Assembly: GCA_963801355.1 (NCBI GenBank)
Contig: CAWDEM010000004.1
Location: forward strand, 608,001-672,000
Source: Ignavibacteriota bacterium
GTDB taxonomy: Bacteria > Bacteroidota > Ignavibacteria > UBA10030 > UBA6906
Length of the DNA: 64,000 nt
Direction of reading: 5' to 3'
The notes under the pieces are model-generated. The model was not told the DNA's origin. It saw only the letters and a program-made list of their open reading frames with translations, and made no database searches. The position numbers and the translations under genes were made by a program. Every line of letters starts with the position of its first letter. Positions within the stretch are counted from its first letter, which is position 1. This document shows positions 17,437-27,647 of this stretch, in pieces.

Positions 17437-18809
17437 TTCAGCTTGATCTGGTATTGCTGAATTTTCGTGTAGAGTGTCTTCAGGCTTATGCCCAGGATCT
17501 TGGCGGATTCCGCCTTATTGCCGCGGAAGGCCCGTAGCACACCTTCAATATGCAGGTGCTCGATTTCTTTCAAGGGAAGCGCCGTGCCGATTTTCTGATC
17601 GCTTCGCCCCCCCGATGCGAACATCGATGCCGGTGCATTGGGGAGCGAAAAATCCTGCGGCTCGATGATGTGGTTATGGCAGAGAATGGCGGCACGTTCG
17701 ATGACATTCTCCAGCTCGCGGATGTTTCCCGGCCAGTCATAGTCTACAAGCACCTCCATCGCCCTGGTCGAGATGCTGGTCTGTACCTTCGTCTTCATCC
17801 GGTTTGCGAGGAATGATGCGACCAGCAGGGGGATATCTTGTTTTCGTTCGCGCAACGGTGGAATATCTATCGTAATCACATTCAGGCGATAGAGAAGGTC
17901 TTCACGGAAGCGTCCTTCGCGCACCTCCTCCTTCAGATTCTTGTTTGTCGCGGAGAGAATCCGGACATCCGCGTTCAGTGCTGTGTTGCCGCCGACCCTG
18001 CGGAATTCCCCGCTCTGGATGAAACGGAGGATTTTGGGCTGCACGACCGGGCTGATGTCGCCCACCTCATCGAGGAACAGCGTACCCTTGTTGGCGATTT
18101 CCACGATGCCGGGTTTTGTCGCGCGGGCATCGGTGAATGCACCCTTCTCGTAGCCGAACAGTTCGCTCTCGATGAGTGTATCCGGGATCGAGGCGCAGTT
18201 GAGCGTGACAAACGGCTGTTCCGTACGGAGGCTGTTCCGGTAGATGAAATTGGCGATGAGTTCCTTGCCGGTCCCGCTCGGGCCCTGGATAAGGACGGTG
18301 GACTCCGTGGGGGCCACCTTTGCCGCGACCTCGAGCACCCTGCGGAAGATATCGCTCTGGCCGACCATTTCGTGCGATCCCTGGAGACGGTCGAGGGCGT
18401 CCTTCATGAGGATGTTGTCGATCAGGAGCTGGCGGCGTTCCAGTGCGCGGTTGATCGTGGCAAGCAGTTCATCGGCGGTCGTCGGCTTGGTAATGAAGTC
18501 GTACGCGCCGATCCGCATGCACTCCACGGCGGTCTTCACGTCTGCCGCGCCGGTCAGCATGATCACTTCGATGCCGGGGTAGTTGTTCTTGATGAACCTC
18601 AGGACTTCGATGCCGTCCACTTTCGGCATCTTGACGTCCAGCAGCACCACGTGGTAGAGTTTTCCCTGGACGGCGTTGATGGCTCCCACGCCATCGGTTA
18701 CGGTATCGACCTGGTACCCGGCACTGGTAATGAGAGAAGTCAGAAGGTATCGAAATGCTTCTTCGTCGTCGACGACGAGGATGGAAAAATCTTTCTTGGG
18801 CATCGTCAT
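17433..18809 (-). CDS. Sigma-54-dependent response regulator (NtrC family)
   Basis: REC domain (VVDDE, LDVKMP), GPSGTGKE, ESELFG, GAFTDA, WPGNIRELEN and Fis-type HTH. Confidence 0.95.
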   Translation of the reverse strand: MTMPKKDFSILVVDDEEAFRYLLTSLITSAGYQVDTVTDGVGAINAVQGKLYHVVLLDVKMPKVDGIEVLRFIKNNYPGIEVIMLTGAADVKTAVECMRIGAYDFITKPTTADELLATINRALERRQLLIDNILMKDALDRLQGSHEMVGQSDIFRRVLEVAAKVAPTESTVLIQGPSGTGKELIANFIYRNSLRTEQPFVTLNCASIPDTLIESELFGYEKGAFTDARATKPGIVEIANKGTLFLDEVGDISPVVQPKILRFIQSGEFRRVGGNTALNADVRILSATNKNLKEEVREGRFREDLLYRLNVITIDIPPLRERKQDIPLLVASFLANRMKTKVQTSISTRAMEVLVDYDWPGNIRELENVIERAAILCHNHIIEPQDFSLPNAPASMFASGGRSDQKIGTALPLKEIEHLHIEGVLRAFRGNKAESAKILGISLKTLYTKIQQYQIKLN

Positions 18810-18826
18810 GTCAGTTTGTTCTCGCT

Positions 18827-18891
18827 TATATAGAGAAAAGCATCATGAAATGCAACCATTCGTTGATTTTTACCCTCCCACTTTGTACTTT
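18827..18891. promoter_or_regulatory. Back-to-back sigma-70 promoters (ntrC-like gene and add)
   Basis: Minus: TTGCAT-N17-TATATA (18855-18827). Plus: TTGATT-N17-TACTTT (18863-18891). Confidence 0.55.
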
Positions 18892-18917
18892 TTTGCACCA
18901 TAGGAGGTACGCATCTC

Positions 18918-20015
18918 ATGCGAATGACCGATCGCTTCATCTGTTCTCTCCCTAAAGTGCTTCTCCACGATCATCTGGATGGGGGTCTTCGCCCTCAAAC
19001 CATAGTTGATCTCGCCAAGGAATCCGGATATGCAGGGTTGCCCACCACCAACGCCAGGGAACTCGCGGTGTGGTTTCACCGTGGTGCACAGCGCGGAAGT
19101 CTGCCGTTGTACCTGGAAGGTTTTGCACACACCGCTGCCGTCCTCCAGACTGAAGCGGCACTCGAACGGGTTGCGTACGAGATGATGGAGGATATGCACA
19201 AGGACGGCGTCGTCTACGTCGAGACCCGGTTTGCGCCGGTTTTCCACACGGACCGGGGGCTCCACTGGGACGAGGTGGTGAACGCCGTGCTCAGGGGATT
19301 GGAACGCGGGAAGAAGGACTTCGGTGTGGAGTTCGGACTCATTATCTGCGCCATGCGCAACATGAAGCTTTCTCTCGAAATGGCGGAACTGGCAGTGGAT
19401 TTCCGGGAGCGTGGTGTTGTGGGCTTCGACCTTGCGGGCGAAGAGGGGGGGTACCCGCCGAAGAAACACGTTGACGCGTTTCACTATATCCAGCGCGAGA
19501 ACTTCAATATCACCGTCCACGCCGGAGAGGCCTTCGGCAAGGAGAGCATCTGGCAGGCGATCCAGTGGTGCGGTGCGCACAGAATCGGTCACGCCACGCG
19601 ACTCATTGATGATATCGGGCTCGACAAGCGCGACAACAAAAAGATCGTCCGCATGGGATATCTTGCGCAATACGTTCTGGACAAACGACTGCCGCTGGAG
19701 ATGTGCCTGACGAGCAATGTCGATACCGGGGCGGTCAAGAGCGTCGAGGAGCATCCGTTCGGACTCTACTACAAATATAAATTCCGTGTCACGCTCAATA
19801 CCGATGACCGGTTGATGAGCAACACCACGATGACGCGCGAATACAAGCTCGCCCACCAGGTCTTCAAGCTGAATCTGGATGCACTGGAGAAGCTGACCAT
19901 CAACGCGATGAAGAGCGCATTTCTGCCGTACAATAGACGTATTCAGATCATCTATGACGTCATCAAACCCGGGTATGCGCAAGCACGGGCCGGGATCGCG
20001 AAGAAGCGCGCATGA
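18918..20015 (+). CDS. add: Adenosine deaminase
   Basis: LPKVLLHDHLDG, FDLAGEE, TVHAGE, RIGH and NTDD motifs; AGGAGG RBS. Confidence 0.93.
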   Translation: MRMTDRFICSLPKVLLHDHLDGGLRPQTIVDLAKESGYAGLPTTNARELAVWFHRGAQRGSLPLYLEGFAHTAAVLQTEAALERVAYEMMEDMHKDGVVYVETRFAPVFHTDRGLHWDEVVNAVLRGLERGKKDFGVEFGLIICAMRNMKLSLEMAELAVDFRERGVVGFDLAGEEGGYPPKKHVDAFHYIQRENFNITVHAGEAFGKESIWQAIQWCGAHRIGHATRLIDDIGLDKRDNKKIVRMGYLAQYVLDKRLPLEMCLTSNVDTGAVKSVEEHPFGLYYKYKFRVTLNTDDRLMSNTTMTREYKLAHQVFKLNLDALEKLTINAMKSAFLPYNRRIQIIYDVIKPGYAQARAGIAKKRA

Positions 20016-20512
20016 ACCTGTACCTCGTCCGTCACAGCGAAGCGCTCCCTACCGGCGGGAATATTTCCCGTGATGCCGACCGGCCGTTGAGCCCGCAGGG
20101 GGAGCACGACGCCGCTCTGGTCGGGAGATTGTTGTCGAAGGTAGAGCCTGCTGTCCGGATGATCGGCAGCAGTCCGCTGGTGCGGGCGCGACGCACCGCG
20201 GAAATCCTCGCCGCGCAATTTCCGGTGCCGCCCGAAGTGCGCCCCTGGCAGGTGCTCAAACCGGGGATGGCGATGCGTGAGGTTCTGGCGCAGGTAACGG
20301 AACACTCCCGGGACTCCCTGGTCCTCGTCGCGCACCAGCCCGATCTTACCGATTTCCTGTCCTGGCTGGTGGCGGATGGTATCGCCGATATCGCCTTTCC
20401 GCCGGGATCAGCTGCGCGGGTCGTGCTTGCCACGACGTCATTGACAGCCGCCGCCCGGCTCCACTGGATTGTGTCACCCGCTCTGGTTTCATTACTCCAC
20501 CCTGAATGGTGA
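20012..20512 (+). CDS. sixA: Phosphohistidine phosphatase SixA-like
   Basis: LYLVRHSEA, DADRPLS, SSPLVRARRTA and LVAHQP motifs. Confidence 0.88.
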   Translation: MNLYLVRHSEALPTGGNISRDADRPLSPQGEHDAALVGRLLSKVEPAVRMIGSSPLVRARRTAEILAAQFPVPPEVRPWQVLKPGMAMREVLAQVTEHSRDSLVLVAHQPDLTDFLSWLVADGIADIAFPPGSAARVVLATTSLTAAARLHWIVSPALVSLLHPEW

Positions 20513-20522
20513 GGAGGACGCG

Positions 20523-21005
20523 ATGCAGATGACATCTGTGTGGATCGATAAGCCGGAAGATATGAATTTCATACTCGGCCACTCACATTTCATCAAGACT
20601 GTCGAAGATCTCTATGAAGTAATTGTGCAGACCAACCCTGTCATGAAATTCGGTCTCGCCTTTTGCGAGGCCTCAGGACCCTGTCTGGTGCGCTCTGCAG
20701 GCAACGATGAGCGCTTGATCGGGATTGCACAGCGCAACGCCCTTGCGCTGGCCGCGGGTCATGCGTTTGTGATCTTCATGGAGCAAGGGTTTCCGGTGAA
20801 CATTCTCAATGCCGTGAAAAGCGTTCCGGAAGTGTGCCGGGTGTTCTGTGCGACGGCCAATCCCACCGAAGTCATCATCGCTGAAACGGAGCACGGCAGG
20901 GCGATCCTCGGCGTGGTCGACGGAGAGCGAACCAGAGGAATAGAGAATGCCGCCGACATCCAGACACGGAAGGACTTCCTGCGGAAGATCGGATACAAGA
21001 TGTAG
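20523..21005 (+). CDS. Adenosine-specific kinase family (DUF355) protein
   Basis: ILGHSHFIKTVEDLYE, FGLAFCEASG, FCATANP and RKDFLRKIGYK; GAGGAGG RBS. Confidence 0.85.
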   Translation: MQMTSVWIDKPEDMNFILGHSHFIKTVEDLYEVIVQTNPVMKFGLAFCEASGPCLVRSAGNDERLIGIAQRNALALAAGHAFVIFMEQGFPVNILNAVKSVPEVCRVFCATANPTEVIIAETEHGRAILGVVDGERTRGIENAADIQTRKDFLRKIGYKM

Positions 21006-21071
21006 CGGCAGGCTGTTGTGGCATGAAGACATTGAGGTGAACAAACCATGCAACACTACACGGAGGGTACG

Positions 21072-21437
21072 ATGAACAGATTCACGTTGACCTGTGGAAC
21101 CGCCCTGCTGCTTGCGGCGGGCGTACTGCTGCTGCCCTGTGATGCCAGCGCCCAGAAAAAGAAGGTACCACCCAAGTCGGAACAGGCTGTTGATCAGCCG
21201 GCACCCACTCCCGTCCAGGTCAGACTCGGGAACACGCTCAGGGACGTACTCCTGAAGTATAAGGGCCAAAAGACGAATCTCGGGATTCTGAGCAGGGTGG
21301 AAGGGGACTATTTCGTTGTCGAGGAGGAAGGTGTCAGCACGATGCATCCGTTCAGCGCGATCATCGGCCTCAAGATGGTCAAGGCCGAGGAAGAGGAAGA
21401 GGATCCGGCGAAGATTGAAATTGTCCTGATGCGGTGA
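21072..21437 (+). CDS. Small exported hypothetical protein
   Basis: Signal peptide ending ASA-Q; GGAGG RBS; alternative start at 21048. Confidence 0.7.
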   Translation: MNRFTLTCGTALLLAAGVLLLPCDASAQKKKVPPKSEQAVDQPAPTPVQVRLGNTLRDVLLKYKGQKTNLGILSRVEGDYFVVEEEGVSTMHPFSAIIGLKMVKAEEEEEDPAKIEIVLMR

Positions 21438-21443
21438 GGACCC

Positions 21444-21878
21444 ATGCCCACGACCCGAACGCTTCTGCTCATCACCGTCTTGACGATGGCCGGCTGTATG
21501 CATGATCAGGTTGCATACTACAAGCCGGGGAATGTCATCGGTCCGTATTCACCGGCAGTACAGGTCGGGCGCTTGTTGTTTGTCTCGGGCCAGATCGCAC
21601 TGGATCCGGGCACCGGTGAGATTGTCACCGGCGACATCGAACAGGAGACCCGTCAGGTGCTGCACAATCTGCGGGTTGTACTCGGTTCTGCGGGATACGA
21701 TTCCTCACACGTGGTAAATGCGACGGTGTATCTCCGGAGCATGGGAGATTATCAGCGCATGAACGCGGTGTATGGGTCGTTCTTCCCCGAGGGGAAATAT
21801 CCGGCGCGCGTGGCTGTCGAAGTCAGCGCCCTTCCAAAGCGGGCGAACATTGAAATCGCGGTGGTTGCGTACAAATGA
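21444..21878 (+). CDS. RidA/YjgF-family imine deaminase with N-terminal lipoprotein-like signal
   Basis: [26 protein letters not shown] and IEI motifs. Confidence 0.9.
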   Translation: MPTTRTLLLITVLTMAGCMHDQVAYYKPGNVIGPYSPAVQVGRLLFVSGQIALDPGTGEIVTGDIEQETRQVLHNLRVVLGSAGYDSSHVVNATVYLRSMGDYQRMNAVYGSFFPEGKYPARVAVEVSALPKRANIEIAVVAYK

Positions 21879-23545
21879 ATACCCCGCAGTTTGATCCGGC
21901 CGCCATCAAAGCGCCGACAGGAACATCGCTGAGTTGCAAGGGGTGGCTGCAGGAAGCCGCCCTGCGCATGCTGATGAACAACCTGGATGCCGAAGTCGCG
22001 GAGAAGCCGGAGGAGCTCATCGTGTATGGCGGGGTCGGGAAGGCGGCGCGGAACTGGGCGTGCTATCATGCCATCGTCCGGTCGCTTCGGAGTCTCGAAA
22101 ACGATGAAACCCTCCTGGTACAATCGGGCAAGCCCGTCGGAGTATTCAGAACCCACCCGGACGCTCCGCGCGTGCTGATAGTCAACTCCATGCTCGTTCC
22201 GCAGTGGGCGACCTGGGACGAGTTCCGCCGCCTGGAGGCCCTCGGCCTGACGATGTACGGCCAGATGACTGCGGGGAGCTGGATCTATATCGGCACGCAG
22301 GGGATTCTGCAGGGAACGTATGAGACGTTTGCAGCGGTCGCGGAGCGGTACTTCGGCGGCACTCTTGCGGGAAGGCTTCTTGTCACCGCTGGACTCGGCG
22401 GCATGGGCGGGGCGCAACCCCTCGCGGCGACGATGAACGGCGCCGCATGTCTGGCAATCGAAGTCGACCGGCAACGCATCGAACGGCGGCTTGCGACCAA
22501 GTACGTCGACGAGCTTGCGCCCACCCTCGACGATGCGCTCGGAATTCTTGAGTCTGCCCGCTTGCGCCAGGAACCCCGCTCCGTCGCCGTGCTGGGCAAT
22601 GCGGCGGAAATCCTGCCAATGCTCGTTCAACGAGGCATTGCGATCGATGTGCTCACGGATCAGACGTCCGCCCATGATACTCTCAACGGCTATGTCCCCG
22701 CCCATCTCCCGTATCGGGACGCGCTTGCCCTGCGTGTGCAGGATTCCCAACGCTACGTACTCCTGGCCCGGCAATCCATCGCGGAACATGTGCGCGCGAT
22801 GCTCGCATTGATGCGGAAGGGTGCCGTCACGTTTGACTATGGCAACAATATTCGCGGTGAGGCGCGGGCCAACGGTGTGCCTGACGCATTCGACATTCCC
22901 GGCTTCGTGCCCGAGTACATCCGTCCGCTGTTCTGTGACGGCAAAGGGCCGTTCCGCTGGGTTGCCCTGTCAGGCAATCCGGAGGACATCTACCGGACGG
23001 ACCGGGCGGTGATGGAGACATTCCCGGAAAACGAGGCGCTCTGCCGGTGGATCCGCAAGGCACAGCGGCAGGTGAAATTCCAGGGGCTGCCGGCACGCAT
23101 CTGCTGGCTGGGCTATGGTGAACGGGCGAAGATGGGGCTGATATTTAATGACCTTGTCGCCCGCGGCGAAATCAAGGCGCCGATCGTCATCGGACGTGAC
23201 CATCTGGATTGCGGTTCGGTGGCTTCTCCCAACCGCGAGACGGAAAAAATGAAGGACGGGAGTGATGCCATCGCCGACTGGCCGATCCTCAACGCACTGC
23301 TCAATGCAACCGGCGGTGCAAGCTGGGTCAGCGTCCACCATGGCGGCGGGGTCGGCATGGGCCTGTCCATACATGCCGGCATGGTGGTGGTGGCCGACGG
23401 AAGCCCGGGCGCCGCGGCACGGCTTGAGCGGGTGCTGACATACGATCCGGGAATGGGCATCATCCGCCATGCCGATGCGGGTTACGAACGGGCACTTGCC
23501 AACGCGGAGACAATGGGGGTCACACTCCCGATGGCCGGAATATAG
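21875..23545 (+). CDS. hutU: Urocanate hydratase
   Basis: [30 protein letters not shown] and HHGGGVG motifs. Confidence 0.97.
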   Translation: MNTPQFDPAAIKAPTGTSLSCKGWLQEAALRMLMNNLDAEVAEKPEELIVYGGVGKAARNWACYHAIVRSLRSLENDETLLVQSGKPVGVFRTHPDAPRVLIVNSMLVPQWATWDEFRRLEALGLTMYGQMTAGSWIYIGTQGILQGTYETFAAVAERYFGGTLAGRLLVTAGLGGMGGAQPLAATMNGAACLAIEVDRQRIERRLATKYVDELAPTLDDALGILESARLRQEPRSVAVLGNAAEILPMLVQRGIAIDVLTDQTSAHDTLNGYVPAHLPYRDALALRVQDSQRYVLLARQSIAEHVRAMLALMRKGAVTFDYGNNIRGEARANGVPDAFDIPGFVPEYIRPLFCDGKGPFRWVALSGNPEDIYRTDRAVMETFPENEALCRWIRKAQRQVKFQGLPARICWLGYGERAKMGLIFNDLVARGEIKAPIVIGRDHLDCGSVASPNRETEKMKDGSDAIADWPILNALLNATGGASWVSVHHGGGVGMGLSIHAGMVVVADGSPGAAARLERVLTYDPGMGIIRHADAGYERALANAETMGVTLPMAGI

Positions 23546-23576
23546 ATTCCACATCCCATACAGAAAGACGACACCT

Positions 23577-23960
23577 ATGCACGGATTCGGCTATGTGGAT
23601 ATCCCCACCACGAACTTCAAGAAGGCTCAGAAGTTCTTCGGCAAAGTATTCGGGTGGACCTTCAGGGAGATGCCTGAGCTCGAGACGGTATCCTTCCGGG
23701 CAGGTTCCCAGCCCAACGGCGGTTTCTACCTCGTGAAGAAGATGCCCAAGAAAGGCCAGGTCAACATCTATATCGAAGTGGAGGACATTGACGCGAAGCT
23801 GAAAGAGATCAAGAAAGCCAGGGGAAAGGTTCTGGTAAAAAAGACCCCTGTCGGAGAGATGGGCTGGTGCGCCCAGTTTGCCACACCGGATGGGTGCTAC
23901 CTTTCACTCTGGCAGGCTCCGGCGGTCGGCACCCCTGGTGAGGAATCCCCGGCCCAATGA
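23577..23960 (+). CDS. VOC/glyoxalase-family protein
   Basis: AQKFFGKVFGW, IYIEVEDID and FATPDG motifs. Confidence 0.85.
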   Translation: MHGFGYVDIPTTNFKKAQKFFGKVFGWTFREMPELETVSFRAGSQPNGGFYLVKKMPKKGQVNIYIEVEDIDAKLKEIKKARGKVLVKKTPVGEMGWCAQFATPDGCYLSLWQAPAVGTPGEESPAQ

Positions 23961-25168
23961 TTGACCCGGTCCGTTTCCGGCAGATTCTGGTCCAACTGCT
24001 GAAGCTGCTTGTCGTCATCGAGCTGGTGGGGGCCTTTTTGCAGGGCACCTCGGGCGGAGACTGGAGTCGCTTCGGCATCGATCTCATCGTTGCCGGCATC
24101 CTGTTTGTCACGGGAGAGCGCATCACCGCTCTCCTGCACAAGCACCGTGACAGCACACGGAGGAGAATGGAGGAAACGGGGGAAGAAATTCGTTTGTGGG
24201 ATGCCCTTGTCTTCTCGCTTCTCTGGACGGATCAGATTTACGCCGGGATACCTGCGGACCGCCGCAGGCTGGTCGTCATCTCGTACACGCTCATTGCTCT
24301 CGGACTTGTCGCGGCGTTCGTGCGGATCGGCACCGGCCTCATGCCGCTGGTCGTCGCCGGGGCACTGGTGCTCGGCGCGGTCAATCTCATTACATGGATC
24401 ATCTCACTCGAGCGGGGCCAACGGGAGACCCTGCAAACGGAACTCCTGCTGGCGCACGACGTGCAGGTTTCCCTGATGCCGACGGAACAGCCTGCAGTCC
24501 GGGGATTCGATATTGCAGGAGTGTCTCTTCCTGCAAAGGAGGTGGGTGGGGACCTGTACGACTTCCTTCCGCCCGGAGAGGGCGAGACACAGTTCGGCAT
24601 TTCTATTGTTGATGTGTCCGGGAAGGGTATGCAGGCGGCGATGGCCGCAGTGTTTACGAGCGGTGCGTATGCAAGCGAGGCCAAACAGTCCCGCTCTCCG
24701 GCGGCGATACTCACCAGGCTGAACAGGGCGGTGTACCACCATTCGCGCCGGGGGCACTTTGTGTCGTTCTTGCAGGCGAGCCTCGATCTCGGCACACGCA
24801 TGCTTTCCTATGCCAATGCGGGCCAGACAAAACCGCTCCTGCACAGGGCGGCGGAGGTTCGGTGGCTTGAAGTTGACGGAGTGCATTTTCCACTGGGGAC
24901 GCAGCCCGAGACGTGTTATCAGGAGTCGGCATTGCAGTTGGTCCGGAATGACGTCCTGTGTTTCCTGACCGACGGGTTCACCGAAGCGATGAACGGTTCA
25001 CACGAGGTTTTTGGAGCGGAGCGTGTTGAGGAACTGTTCCGGAGGCCTGAGCTGCCGACGCTGGCCGCGACAGACATACTGAACATGATGGTCCGTGAGG
25101 TGAGGCAATACTCGGGTGATGCACCGCAGCACGACGACATGACGATGGTCATTGTAAAGGTCCTCTGA
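23957..25168 (+). CDS. Membrane-bound PP2C/SpoIIE (RsbU-like) phosphatase
   Basis: About 4 N-terminal TM helices; VGGDLYD, DVSGKG, TDGFTE and DDMT motifs. Confidence 0.9.
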   Translation: MIDPVRFRQILVQLLKLLVVIELVGAFLQGTSGGDWSRFGIDLIVAGILFVTGERITALLHKHRDSTRRRMEETGEEIRLWDALVFSLLWTDQIYAGIPADRRRLVVISYTLIALGLVAAFVRIGTGLMPLVVAGALVLGAVNLITWIISLERGQRETLQTELLLAHDVQVSLMPTEQPAVRGFDIAGVSLPAKEVGGDLYDFLPPGEGETQFGISIVDVSGKGMQAAMAAVFTSGAYASEAKQSRSPAAILTRLNRAVYHHSRRGHFVSFLQASLDLGTRMLSYANAGQTKPLLHRAAEVRWLEVDGVHFPLGTQPETCYQESALQLVRNDVLCFLTDGFTEAMNGSHEVFGAERVEELFRRPELPTLAATDILNMMVREVRQYSGDAPQHDDMTMVIVKVL

Positions 25169-25172
25169 GCGA

Positions 25173-26336
25173 ATGATGGAAATCCTGAATCGATGTTGTG
25201 CCAAAGCCGCGGACCTGAAGCGGAACATTGTTGTCCGGGTTCTCATCCCCGTTCTTGCAGCATCTGTGCCCGTCGTGCTGCCGGCGCAGGAACATGCGCA
25301 CTTCCAACTCTCGCTGGATCTCCATACGGCGTCGGCCGATCGCACACTTGAAATCTACCAGGGTCTGTCAGGCCGGCCGGCGGATGCCGCCCGGGAACGG
25401 GGAAGCCAGTTGTCGCTGGCAGTCACGAGGAGTCTGGCGGGGCGGGCTCTTGACGCCGCGGATCTCGAAGCGGCGCTTGCAGCAGCGAAGTTCAACCAGG
25501 ATCCCGGGGATGACGTGTTCCAGATGCGATTCGCCCGCGAGAATGTCGGTGCGCTCAAAGACTTGCTGCTGGAACTCCGGCGAAGGAATTTCGCGCAGAA
25601 AGTGGTGAGTACCGTCGAACAGCTCTTTCCCGCCGATGCACGGGTCCAGGCGCGCATCCCGATGTTTGTTGTTGCGTTCGGCCACAAGAATATTGATGCC
25701 TATGTCGTCAGGGTACGCTGGGAGGGGAACGTGCCCATTCCGGTGGGCGAGAATGAAGGGGAACTGACAATCGTCGTGAATCTCGCCAAGGCTGTGCTGT
25801 ACGGCAGCAGTACCGAGGAGCGGTTTGTCGGGCTCCTGAGCGTTGTGGCCCATGAAGTATTTCATGCTGCATACGGTGTGTACAAGGAGACATCCCCCGA
25901 ATGGCGCGCGTACTACAGCATCCCGCGGGGGCCATTCGAGGATCTGCTGGATCTCTCCCAGAATGAAGGAATTGCCTACTACCTCTCGCTGATACAACAA
26001 ACACATGGACGCCTTCCCGGAGATGGACTTCAGCGCGCCCACACTGCGTTTGCCCGGTTCAACGATGCGGCTGCGGAATTGCTCTCTCCCACAGCGGCGG
26101 CCGGCCGGGTTTCCGACCTCCTGCGTGATGCCAACACCTCGGGATATTGGGAAAGTTACGGGTCGATTACCGGGATGATCGTCGCGCGGCAGATAGACCA
26201 GACGTTGGGACGGACTGCATTGGTGGAGACCCTGCGCGGGAATCCGGCGAAGTTTTTCAAAACATACGCGGAGTTGATGCGCCGTGACAACGGCCTGCCT
26301 GCCTTGAGTCCCCTGGTGATCCGCATGTTGAGGTGA
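25173..26336 (+). CDS. Putative exported Zn-dependent protease (gluzincin, DUF5700-like)
   Basis: HEVFH plus downstream NEGIA; signal-like N-terminus; exact start uncertain. Confidence 0.65.
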   Translation: MMEILNRCCAKAADLKRNIVVRVLIPVLAASVPVVLPAQEHAHFQLSLDLHTASADRTLEIYQGLSGRPADAARERGSQLSLAVTRSLAGRALDAADLEAALAAAKFNQDPGDDVFQMRFARENVGALKDLLLELRRRNFAQKVVSTVEQLFPADARVQARIPMFVVAFGHKNIDAYVVRVRWEGNVPIPVGENEGELTIVVNLAKAVLYGSSTEERFVGLLSVVAHEVFHAAYGVYKETSPEWRAYYSIPRGPFEDLLDLSQNEGIAYYLSLIQQTHGRLPGDGLQRAHTAFARFNDAAAELLSPTAAAGRVSDLLRDANTSGYWESYGSITGMIVARQIDQTLGRTALVETLRGNPAKFFKTYAELMRRDNGLPALSPLVIRMLR

Positions 26337-26388
26337 GCCCCAGTGATTCGTTGCGGTTCCCGCCAACTTTTGGTACCTTGTACAGTCC

Positions 26389-27636
26389 GTGAATCTCTTC
26401 ATCAAAAATATCACCCAGCTGGTCACCGTCGGGTCATCCGGAAAACCGTGGAAAATCGGCACGGAGATGCAGGATATCGGCGTGATGGAACATGCCGGTG
26501 TGCTCTGCCGGGAGGGAAAGATCGCCTGGGTGGGCCCGATGAACAGTTTTGAGGAGGCCCTCCCTGATGACATGCCCGAGCTGGATGCATCGGGATCCGT
26601 TGTCCTTCCGGGGTTCGTGGACTCCCACACGCACGCGATGTTTGCGGGGAGCCGCGCGGGCGAGTTCGCCCTTCGTTCACGGGGAGCAACCTATCAGGAA
26701 ATTGCCGCGGCCGGAGGCGGCATTCTGAACACGATACGCGACGTCCGGTCAGCATCGAAGAAAGAACTCAAGCGCAGCACGGCCAGGCATCTTGCGGAGA
26801 TGATGAAACAGGGGACCACCACCGTAGAAATTAAAACCGGCTACGGCCTCGAAATGGATTCTGAAGTAAAAATGCTGGAGGCCATCAACGAAGTGGCGGA
26901 AGAAGAAATGGCCACGGTGGTATCGACGTTTCTGGGCGCGCATGCGATACCCCCGGAGTTCCGCGATGATCCGGATGGGTACGTGCGGCTGGTGGTGGAC
27001 ACAATGATTCCCTATGCGGCCAGGCGGCGCCTCGCTGCATTCTGTGATGTGTTCTGTGAGGACGGTTATTTCGACCTCCGTCAATCCGAGGCAATCCTCA
27101 CTGCGGGGAAGAAGCGGGGAATGGGCGCCAAGATCCACGCCGAAGAACTTTCCTCTCTCGGAGGTGCAGAACTGGCAGCGCGTCTCGGGGCCGTCTCGGC
27201 GGACCATCTGGAACATATCAGCGATCGCGGCATCCGGGCACTGGGCGATGCACGTGTCGTTGCTGTTCTTCTTCCGGGAGTCTCTTTCTTTCTACATCAC
27301 GGGTATGCCCCGGCGAGGGCGCTGATCGAGGCCGGCGTTCCCGTCGCCATCGCCAGCGATTTCAACCCCGGTTCCTGCATGTCGTATTCCATGCCACTCA
27401 TGATGACCATTGCCTGCACACACATGCGAATGAGCCCGGAGGAAGCGCTCACGGCCTGTACGCTCAACGGCGCGGCTGCGCTCGGTCTGTCAGCCACGCA
27501 CGGAAGTATCGAAGTCGGAAAGAATGCCGATCTCGTCGTGGCCGGGGTGGCGGACTACCGCATGCTGGCGTATCACTTTGGCGTGAATCATGTCACCCGC
27601 ACCATCAAGAACGGAACGTTGCTGGAAATTCCCTGA
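26389..27636 (+). CDS. hutI: Imidazolonepropionase
   Basis: PGFVDSHTH, GGGILNT, EIKTGYGL, SADHLE and SDFNPG motifs. Confidence 0.96.
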   Translation: MNLFIKNITQLVTVGSSGKPWKIGTEMQDIGVMEHAGVLCREGKIAWVGPMNSFEEALPDDMPELDASGSVVLPGFVDSHTHAMFAGSRAGEFALRSRGATYQEIAAAGGGILNTIRDVRSASKKELKRSTARHLAEMMKQGTTTVEIKTGYGLEMDSEVKMLEAINEVAEEEMATVVSTFLGAHAIPPEFRDDPDGYVRLVVDTMIPYAARRRLAAFCDVFCEDGYFDLRQSEAILTAGKKRGMGAKIHAEELSSLGGAELAARLGAVSADHLEHISDRGIRALGDARVVAVLLPGVSFFLHHGYAPARALIEAGVPVAIASDFNPGSCMSYSMPLMMTIACTHMRMSPEEALTACTLNGAAALGLSATHGSIEVGKNADLVVAGVADYRMLAYHFGVNHVTRTIKNGTLLEIP

Positions 27637-27647
27637 ACGGAGCTTTG

